This document shows positions 1 through 10,600 of a stretch of DNA of 64,000 nt, in pieces. A program made the position numbers and the translations under genes. Position 1 is the stretch's first letter. Each line of letters starts with the position of its first letter. Below the pieces are notes generated by a model. It made no database searches and was not told the DNA's origin. It saw only the letters and a program-made list of their open reading frames with translations. This DNA comes from Phoronis australis (taxonomy: Eukaryota; Animalia; Phoronida): the NCBI GenBank assembly GCA_002633005.1, contig NMRA01000012.1, positions 524,487 through 588,486 on the forward strand, written 5' to 3'.

Positions 1-1362
1 ATCCCAGGTCGCATTTTTCCTTTCGGGTTTCCATTATCGGGCGGTTCGAGTTGGTTCCTTTGAACGGAATATGTGCCATACACTTTTACGTAAAAATACG
101 TCAACCAAAAATGACATGTGAACCCATCATGCATGGCAGTAGTGTCACTTCACCTTCGGAGGCGTGAAACAAACAAAGCCGGTTCTTTTGAAAAGTGAAT
201 TTGCTTTTGCGTAGAATGAGAGTTTGACTAACAATGGACTGCATAGGTGTCAATTTCAAAACAACGCGGTCGTTTCTATGAACTACAAGAGACGCTTACA
301 AATTATGATGTACCCAGTGATGACTGCAAACGTAAAACACTGCGACTCGAAATGGATCTGGTTTCAGCACTTGAAACGCAAATTACAGTTTTGAAAATCA
401 GTTCAGTGAAGTGGGTGGGTACTAGCTGTATGTACAACTTTGTATTTTGACGATAGTCTTCATACAGCTTGCTGGCTGGCTAAGCGCTAGCCTGAGCTGT
501 GGGTGTGACTGTGTGGATATTGTTACTACCTACCCTATGTAGCCACCTGGAATAATTTTGTTGCTTAAATTGGCCTGCTTCAGTTGAAACAATATTCTTT
601 CCAGTGTAGTCCAAAAAAATCTAAGAGGTGGTCAACTGACAACCGGCGGAGTGAAAAATTGGCAGGATAGGGGGTGAAGGAAGAGAAGAATTTAGCAAAT
701 TTGCTAACTATAATTTCTTGTCTACCTGTTTAGTTGCAATAGCTGGCTACGGGTATGGAACACTGCAGGGGCCTCAGTAGGGACCATGAGCCTTGTAAAC
801 ATCGGAACAACAGAATGTTAGTTCTTGGGAGCATCAGTTCTTTTAAAACCGCGGGGGGTCTAAGTTCCTTGTCAAATCAACACCTGGGCACTTAACTGAA
901 CCCCTGTGGATTGGTGTGCACGCGTAAGTTCCCACACTTGAATCGCTGGAGTTCACGTTACATTGCCAGCAACATGTGATTGACAGATGACTCGTACATA
1001 TGCACGCGCTCAGCCCCTGAAACAAGGGCTTGAGATTTTTTCGTGACTACACTGCTCAAGACATGGGGGTTGTTGAGCTATGAATAGGGTTGCCATTTTA
1101 GTTTTTCCGTTTTTAGTGATAAAAAACAAGATGCACATTGAGGGCTGTCCTCTGTATCCTTTTGAACTTGATTTGGCAACAACCAAATAATGGCTGAATG
1201 TACTCTCAAGTTGTTTTATGTTTATTGGGTAGTTTCCAAGAAGTGTAAAAACTCATCTTGCATATGTTGGAAAGTCCAGGTCGCATGTTGCTATTTGATA
1301 CAAGCTGGTCAAAAACTCAGCTCGCATTTTCATATTTTACATCACAAATGCGACCTATGATA
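1..1362. mobile_element. Probable non-autonomous DNA transposon remnant in a UNC80 intron
   Basis: caggtcgcat motif at 5 and 1277 and inverted (atgcgacct) near 1348; shares a ~75-bp block with the element at 15956-18361. Confidence 0.35.
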
Positions 1363-1447
1363 AGCTAAACTGGTGATATTTTACTGTAATCATTTCATCT
1401 TTATTTTTTGAAAATTTTGCTTAGTCACGTGAAATTTTCTTTTTCAG

Positions 1448-1666
1448 GCTCTCCTAATATGCGTCGAACAGACATCTCGTTTGCCCTGACCATTCTCCTC
1501 AATGCCTTGCTTCCCTCCAGTAAGACCCCCCATGCAGGCCCCAGTGGTTCTAAAGTTCATCAGACACCCCTAGCTGATCCATATTCCGGGGCCACTACAG
1601 CACTGCAGGACAAAGTTTGGGGCATCAGCACCATCAGGGAGTTGGTCATACGGACATCCTTTCTAG
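1448..1666 (+). CDS. unc80: UNC80 exon (SPNMRRTDISFALTILLNALLP...VIRTSFLG)
   Basis: ttttcag acceptor, gtttgt donor, phase 1/1; joins in frame to 15492. Confidence 0.85.
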
Positions 1667-4600
1667 GTTTGTTTTTCCTCATTCGAGCATTAAGCATACC
1701 AAAACACTGTTCTAAGTGATCCAATTTATCTCCAATACACAAGTGTTTACTTACCTCTCTGAAGATGATTTCAGTTTGTTTTTTACCAGAATAAGAGCAA
1801 TTACGTTGTATACATTATTTGTAACAATGCTATGGGTTAGTAACATTTTCAGGCTGACAACGGTCTCATGTAAACTTTGAAGTTAGTTAAACTTTCACTC
1901 TGGCTTCAGAAGTTTACGGACACCCACATCTTTGCTATGTGATGTTGGATGTCATCATAGCTATTTCACGATGATGGTGTGAAAACATTAGGCAATAGTA
2001 ATTTTGAAAAAATATGTTATGAATATTCAAATGAAATATTTCTGTATGATGATAACTACACAACATGTGTGGTGGTTGAAAGTAACACTTGTTGCCAGTG
2101 ACAAAGGTGACACCAAAATTAGCCTTTTGAAGCACTTGGTGTTTTTCTGTTAAAGCCACCTTAGATTCTTAACCATTAAAAGTTAACATTTCAGACTGAC
2201 ACTCCAAAAAACTATAACACTTTGATGTTGACACGTCTAGTGGAGCACATTGGTTGTGATGAGTCATCCTTTGTTACACTATCCTTTAGTGGTATGAAGA
2301 GCTATCCATTAGCGCATGACTCTCAAGTGGCACCAAAAATGTATTAAAAGACTGACGTGCTGCTGCTGCATTTAATCTACTGCTTATTTGATATACAAAA
2401 TACAGCACTGTACTCTGTCTTCTCCAGAAGACATTGTGGTGAATAAGTAAAACTAATGCAGAATTGAGAGTCATACAGTGGTTCTCTCCCAACATATTGA
2501 ATACTCGATTGTGAAGCTATGAATGTTGGGTTGCATTTTGTTCTTTATTGTCAAAAAAATATCATGGTTTCGATTTTTTGCAAGTACTGGCTTTCTGGTT
2601 GTGTGTTTCCTGTGAATGAAATTTTTGATATATTGAATAGACTAGTCAATATCCCAAAGACTTACTGACAAATGTACATGAAATTTATGACATTAAAGTC
2701 AGTCCATTTCAAGTCACAATGCAAAAACTCTCTTTAACTAAATATAATGGGATAGGTGTTATTTACTTTCAAATTTGACACTTCGAACTGCTTTACAAGA
2801 TTGTACACTTGGTAGTAGCATGTATCATGCCAATTACAAATTCATTATTTGAATAAAGATGTTTCTAGAACTAAGATATAATGAAAAAGTACAGAAAGAG
2901 TTAAAAGTAGGATATCGGAATTTGATCATTTACTGACTGTGAACTGGAATGGAGATAATTTACACCATGAGAGAATCCTGAAGTGATATGGACAATGTTG
3001 AAACTTAAAAACCCACTTTTGTTTCATGGGAAACTGTTTCAAGAAGAAATTCAGAAAGTTTTTCGAGATGAAAGAAAAGAGTACGTCTGGTTATTTTTGA
3101 AGGCAGGGTGGCAACATCAGTCATATATGAAATGACTGGAATTATGACTGGAATTATGACTGGAATTATGACTGGAATTATGACTGGAATTATGACTGGA
3201 ATTATGACTGTTTACCAAGAAACAAATATTTTAAGGTAGTTGCTATGTAAATCATTCTAAGTGGATTTTTACAATTTGTCACATTCTTAATCAAAGTTGA
3301 CTAAAGTTACATTGTTCCAACTTATTTACTTTTGGTCATGTAATCACAGAGAGTTATTGTAAGTCAAAAAAGTGGGGCATTGTTTTGGGGGATATTTGAT
3401 GTCACAACTTAAGCGTATTGCATTGCTAATTATTTCTTTGTTTAATTCTGATACTAGTAATGTCTAAAACAAAAACTTTGTTTTTTCCTAACTTTTTATC
3501 ATTGTGTTGTATTCCAAGTATTTATTTACAAAGCAAATATATATACAAAACGTATCGAGAGTGCCAGAGATGAAATAACATCTCACGAGACAGTATTCTG
3601 CGTATTGATCAAGGTCGAGTGGGACATTGTTTCATCTAGGCCACTCGAGGTACGTTTTGTATATATCCCATATGCTTTGGACTCTTAGTTTCTTTTATTT
3701 TTTGGGCAATTTTTTTAAAATACCGCTTCTTCACCCAGACTGTTCTCGTGGAAGATCGCAACCTATTGTGTATGTACTTGCATGGTATGTTACATGTTTA
3801 CTCCAGTTTAAAAAACAGTTTGTAACGATTTATTACTTGAGAAGAGATAACAAAGATGAAAACAACAGTAATTGTGTATTGAACTTGTAACATTTCCTGA
3901 AAATAATTAAATAACAATATTTAATATTGCAATGCCTGAGTTGCACGACGATATGATATTTAGCCAATAAAACTGAGATGAATGTGTTATGTTATTAATA
4001 GTTTTGTACCAGGATGTTTTGTTTGAGACCTGATTACAAAAAGGCAGTCAGTTGCAGTGTTTACCCTCCCCCTTACCCCTACTATACAGGCTGGACTTAG
4101 CAGCTTCACTGACATGTCAGAACACTTTGCAGTATTTGACATTTTTCTGTGTTGCATTGTGCAATTACTAAAGGTTTTTTCGGCCATATGGCTGTGCTGT
4201 CGAACAAACCATGGTCACAAGGCTGATCTTGTTGAAGAATTGTATTGATATTAGTCAGTTCATTAGCCAACAATTTAGCATAAGAGATTGAAAGCGTTAT
4301 ATCCTACAGATCAAGGCAATAAGTTAAAACAAAATTGCTTGCCTTACCTATAGGCATAATGTATATACAGTACTGGAACTGTCCGACTTAACGCTGATCA
4401 CTCCCACAGTTCACTTTTAAATGCCACTGCCTGATCACACTCCCACCTTTAATAGAATTAAGTTGACCAACAACCTTTATAATTGATCAATGATCACGTC
4501 ATCTAACACAATCCACCAACCTTTATGGTTGATCAATGTTCATGTCATCTAACACAATCCACCGACCTTTATGATTGATCAATGTTCATGTCATCTACCA

Positions 4601-7600
4601 CAATCCACCGACCCTTATGGTTGATCAATGTTCATGTCATCTGCCACAATCCACATATTCCATTTCCCTCAATGCACACAATTCTTTTTGTTGGAGCTCT
4701 AATGTAACATGTAGTGTGCATTCTGTTGATTTTTGTATAAACCACTTGCTCGTGAAGGGCTTACACAAATGTCATGAATACAAATTAATAGTTTGACTTT
4801 CTTACGATATTACTTCTCCACGCCCTGAATATTTTGAGAAGAATTATAATAGTCTGTGTTTTATATGTGTTGAATTATAATGTCAAATTAGCATATATTA
4901 TATTGTGTTTATTGTCTGACGTTGTTGTCTGTCGAGTTTCATTTCCATCAGCTGATACATCGATGTAATGTGAGTCTTCTTGATCTGTTATATCTAGGCA
5001 GGTGTAGACTTGTTGCGATGGTCTATTAAACGTGCCAAGTCCCTGGTACATCGAGCCATCTATGTTAGCTGCTTCTCTAGCAAAAATGCTTTCCAAGTGA
5101 CTTGTGTGATGTATACGTGTCTGAATATGTCGCTTGAGAATGATGTACCGCCATCTGCAAAATTTATTAGTGTTCACTTGAAATGCTTCATATTAAAATT
5201 TTCAAAAAAGTCTCTTTGCTGAAATATTGTCTTTTCATTCATCTCTATGAATGTGATAGAGAAGTCTTGTGAGACATGCTGGACTCCTTACAGTAGGTTA
5301 TTCCAATTATCTTGAAACATTAGCTGACGAAAGGCACATTACACGATCTGACTGACAAAGAAGAGAATCATACTTTTAGCAAATGTATCATGTAGGCTAC
5401 TGTAAGCTTGTGATAAATCCCTAGATTTCGCATCATGGCATCTTGCATTCCTCGTATGAAGCTGGTAATTTTCAAGGCATGTTACCCACACCTTATACGT
5501 GGCAAGGCAATTCTCATCTTATTTTGAATGAAATGAATTAGATGTAATTTTTGATAGTTGGGACTGTGAAGTAAACTGGGTATACAGACTTTGTGGTTGA
5601 CGAGTTTGTGAGATTAACTGAGTAACCAAGCGGCCCCAACGAGCTCCTTCACCTCGTAGTTGTAACAGCATGAGATATCCCGTATGAATGGATGAATGAT
5701 GTGGCCAAGTGCTTAGACCTTATTAACATAGTTAAAAAGGTGTGTTTTTACTAGGATTAACCATAGGGATTTGCCTGCAAAACTGATCGTGTGCGAATTA
5801 GGTGAGGCAAGTAACTTCCACAGTGAAGCCTGGTGCGAAATAAGTGACGGACAAAATGTTATTTTTCAAAATAATTTAGGTGACTGTGCGAAATGAGTTG
5901 AGTGGAGTTTTACCGTGTGCGCTCCAGATCAAAAAGTCCCATTTAGACATTTAAACTTTTGATACGGCACAACTGACTCTGCGCAAGATGATCGGTGTCA
6001 TTCAGTGGAAAGATTGAGGATTTCAACAATACGCTTCTTACTACTGTGTCTTTATTATGGTCACGTGACTACGTCTTAAGTCAAATTTTCATGTGCAAGA
6101 AAGGTACATTCATAGCAAAATAACTAAAACTTTTTTTAAATGACAACTTTACGTTTTGCCTCAAAAACGCTGTCCAGGAATTTTTGATTATTCACTTAGT
6201 TTTTTTTTTGCCAAATTAACTTGCAAAAAGTCCTTACAGTGTTTTTGAGACATAACATCAGTAATGTTTTCATTTCACAAAAGTTATAATAAAATTGGCA
6301 ATGGGGGTATTTTGCTCTAAATGTACCTTTCTTGCGCATGAAAATTTGACTAAATAAATGTGGTCACATGACAATAAAGACACAGTAGTAAGAAGCATAT
6401 TTTTAGAATCCTCAATCTTTTTCCTTTGAGAAAATTTATCCTTTCAATGGGTGACAAAGCATTTTTTGATATTTGACTTAGAGTTGAGGTCGTCTATTAA
6501 GGTCCTATATAAACTTAATGTTATGTTGTGTCACACTAGCTGCAGCTGTAATTGTACCACTCACCTGAAGAACACCACGATAACGATGAGCAAAATGATC
6601 TCTGCTGCAACCGTGGTTCCTATGATTATTGAGCAGTCTTGGCTCAGTGCAGATGGCAAAGCTGTAACAAGTATCAATCTTTGTATAACTTCTCCTAATT
6701 ATTCTTTTGTTGTTACAACAGAGATTCGTTCTGATTCCCACTCTGCCCGTGGCATACATGGTTTGTGTATCCCCTTAATATTGGCACATTGGCAGCCATG
6801 CTGAATGTCGAGCATTGATTGAGAAGGGAGGCTTAGGAGGTGTAGGGAACTACCAATCTTTCCCGTTGTCATACCCCCTGGTTGATGTCCTGCGCCTGAC
6901 CCCGTTTTTCATTCAATTCTCTTATTGTGAACTACACTTCAACACATAAGTATTGTTCAGCCTATGTGTTTATACACAGCTAAAATTGAAAATTAAATTT
7001 TTACTTCACTTACATTCTGTTGTCATGTTTGCCATTGTAGATGTGGGTTTTGTCGTCGGGGTTTTCGGCCATGGTGTTATCGGCTCTGCTGTCATGGTTG
7101 TCAGCTCTGTTGTGTTAGTTGTTGAGTCTCTTAATGTGATTGTTGGTGCTGTTGACCCTTTAGTAATGGTTGTTAACTCGGTCATGGTGTTTGTCAACCA
7201 TGCCATTGACTGTGATGCCTGTGATATGGTGGTTCTTGGCTCTGTGGTCACAGTTGTCTGTTCCGTTGACATGACTGTTGGCTCTGTGGTTGTGGTTGTT
7301 TGCTCCATTGGTGTGGTTGTTGGCTCTGTGGTTGTGGTTGACTGCTCAGTGGGTGTGGTTGTCTGTTCCGTGGGCGTGGTTGTTGGCTCTGTGGTTGGGG
7401 TTGTCTGTTCTGTTGGCGTGGTTGTTGGCTCTGTAGTTGTGGTTGACTGCACTGTGGTTGTGGTTGTCTGCTCTGTTGGCGTAGTTATTGGCTCTGTGGT
7501 TGTGGTTGTCTGTTCCATTGGTGTAGTTATTGGCTCTGTCTCTGTGGTTGTCTGCTGTGCTGGCGTGGTTATCGGTTCTGTGGTTGTGGTTATTGGCTCT

Positions 7601-10600
7601 GTGGTTTTTGTTGTCTGTTCTGTTGATGTGGTTGTTGACTCTGTAGCAGTGGTTGTCTGTTCTGTTGGATCTGTGGTTGTGGCTGTTGGTACTGCTGTGC
7701 TCACTGTCTCTCTTGTTATCGCTGTTGTTGTATCAAACAGTGTTGGATATGCTGAAAGTTACATATATCACTCATTATGTGACTAATATGGTTCTTACCT
7801 AGTAACTGAACTGTTGTGTGTTTGGTTGATTAAGGTTATCTGAAACCTTATTCACAAAAATTGGCCATTTTTACAATATTTCATATGTATCTAGTAAAAT
7901 ACCTTTAATCTTCATTCTTGGGAAACTACAAATACAAAATATATTCCATGTAGCAAGAAATAACGATTAAGCAGAACCACCTTGGAACCACGCAACCGCA
8001 TGGATATTTGTTTACTACTTATCCAAGGTCAAGAGTAGCAGGGATGTCACTCTAATCAAATCTCCGACAGGTACAAAGCAGCTTTGTATGTACCCTCAGT
8101 CCTTTCATTCACCGAGTAGCCATAATATTGAGTCAATCAAGTGTACATATCATATAATGGTGCCAAGGAAAACAAAGACAAAAGTAACGTAGTTTTGATC
8201 CTGAGGAGTTTGTGTGTCTACATGCATAGGACCGTTGAGAACGAATACTACAAGTCTCCTCACACCTCTGTGGTCATGAACACAGAAAGTTGTGAAAAGA
8301 GATAAATCCTCACCCAAATTCCTTAATTCAATAAGTAATTTGACATTTCTATGTTTCGAACTCATGCTAATGACATGCTTTAACCACCGATTCGATTTCT
8401 GTTGTCCATTTCTTACTTGGTTTCGTATTAGTCCCGCATGTGATGTACAGACTATGTGTATTGCAATGAACTGTGACCTACTTTTAAGTAGGTCAAACAT
8501 CAGTAACAGTTGATCCCACCTCTTGGCTGGGGACAGTACATTTTATCGATAAATATGCTCTGGAAATTCAGTTGACATTGCAAGTGGATCTTGAAACAGC
8601 CAACATGGTTAAGGCATGTATAGGTTATATTGACCAAATATAAGTTTTCACCGAATAATTAACCAAAAATTGGGATTTCCACTCGTCCTAGTTTAATCAG
8701 CTTTTTCTTGGATTTGGCAAATCGACTTCATTTGAACTTAGGAACACGTTGAAAATGGCTTGGTAGATTTTGCTGAAACTTTCTAAACTTAATACTTATT
8801 CATCAAAAACGCTTTTAGGATTTTCGATATAAAGGCCTAGTGTTTGCGTAATATAACATAGACGATTATGACTTCTATTTTTTACAAAAGCACCTTATGT
8901 TTTTCGAGTTGATTTGTCATGGAAACCAAATGAAAAGACTAATCGAAAATTCCTAACAGTGTTTTTGAGGTAACTGGTGAAGTTTTCATTTAAAAAAAGA
9001 TTTCATTAAAATTGACAGGGGTTATGCTATGAATGCAACTTTCTTAAAATTTTTTTTGGACTTAAAAAATTGTTAACGTACTAATAATAATAATGGCACA
9101 TGAATATCAAACATATTTTTATATTCCCATGAATATCAAACATATTTTTATATTCCCTGATCTTTTTTCTTTCAGAAAATATGTACCTGTACTAGTTGAC
9201 AAAGCTTAGTTTTTTGATATAGGAGTCAGAATGGAGGCCACTAAATAAGGTTTGAGCTTGCCTTATGTGGTACATGGGTGGAAGTACCAAGTTTCACCCC
9301 TTCCACACAGGTATTTCTAACCTAGCCAAGATGTTCCACACTAGTTGTAATACTGTTCTTCTTATGGTCTCAACCCATAAGTTCTTTTGTTAGGCAGCAA
9401 TAATTCTTGAAAGCATTCCACACTGGCAACTGAGGTCTGCTTTAAAGGACAGTCAGGCCGCCTTACCCAGAACAAATGACCAGGGATTGGGTGGGGAGAG
9501 GGCTGGGGTGTGGAGAAAATAAAATGCCTGCTAACCTCAATACCCATTACATTAGTTAGCAACCAGACTTACTAAAAAAGTTATTGTTGTGAAATGTCAT
9601 ATGAAGAACCAAGTGGCTTAAAAAGTTTGAGAGTTATGTAAGCAAGAGTATGTACAATTAAACTTAATAAAGGTGTATATTTTTGAAAGTAAATTGGGTT
9701 GATGTGAATTTTGGGCAATCTACCTGGTTTGGGTTCTGGTTCTCTGTGCGAATACTATACCGAATACTGAAACGAAAAATAATGGTATCGAAACAAACTG
9801 TACTATTGTAAAATTGACCCATGAAAACAGAAAGTGTGGATGGTTAAACATTTTCATGACTTGTTTTTTCCAATTCAGTCATCTGTGACATGAAACTAAG
9901 GTAGCGAGAAGTAAAACTCAAATTCGCAGTCAGTAACTTGAAACCAACCCTGGATCCTTTGCTTACTCTGTGAAAGGGTAGCAATCCTCATTTTCCAGCT
10001 GCCCACCACATCAGAATGTGTAGGGTATGAGTCTCATAGTTTCGAAAGAGTATCTAATTTGAACTGGCACTATCGACATCAGCATCAGACTGACTTTCAT
10101 CCTGGTTCCTAATGCTAGTTCTACTAATATGTCTCTGATTGGGTCTTGTTTACATACATACTTTTAGTAAAATCTAGCAAAAATGTATCAATAACACGAT
10201 CAAATTTATTTTCATTTAAATATCCCATATAAAATCTCTAGTTATCACTTTTGCAGTTTTCTAAATTAGTCTTTTTGTTTTTGTTTTTGTTACTTTTTGA
10301 TTCTTTTTATTGAAATTATTGAAGGTGGTGTAGGACCCTGGAAAAACGTCCTAATTTGGGTTACTTCAGAACATCGTATCTCAGAAATCGCTGATCAGAT
10401 TTTCATGAAATTTGACACATACCATGATTTATGCACTGTTCTCCTAACACGCTTTTAGGATTTAATTTTGAATGTTTCACTTTTGCATGAGAGCCTATAC
10501 CAAATAAGACTTATGCTTTATTAAAAAATTCTGATTGCTTCTTAAGGATACCTCAAACCTTATTCACAAAAATTGGCTATTTTTACAGTATTTCACATAT

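Noticed and set aside
6953-7786. 277-aa Val-rich ORF on the + strand
   Set aside because: Antisense shadow of the Thr-rich mucin exon; the splice signals support the minus strand.
9724-9766. Exon-like 43-nt segment on the minus strand (tttcag...ccag|gtagat) inside the nested gene
   Set aside because: It would frameshift between two exons that already join in phase 1; I found no compensating exon.
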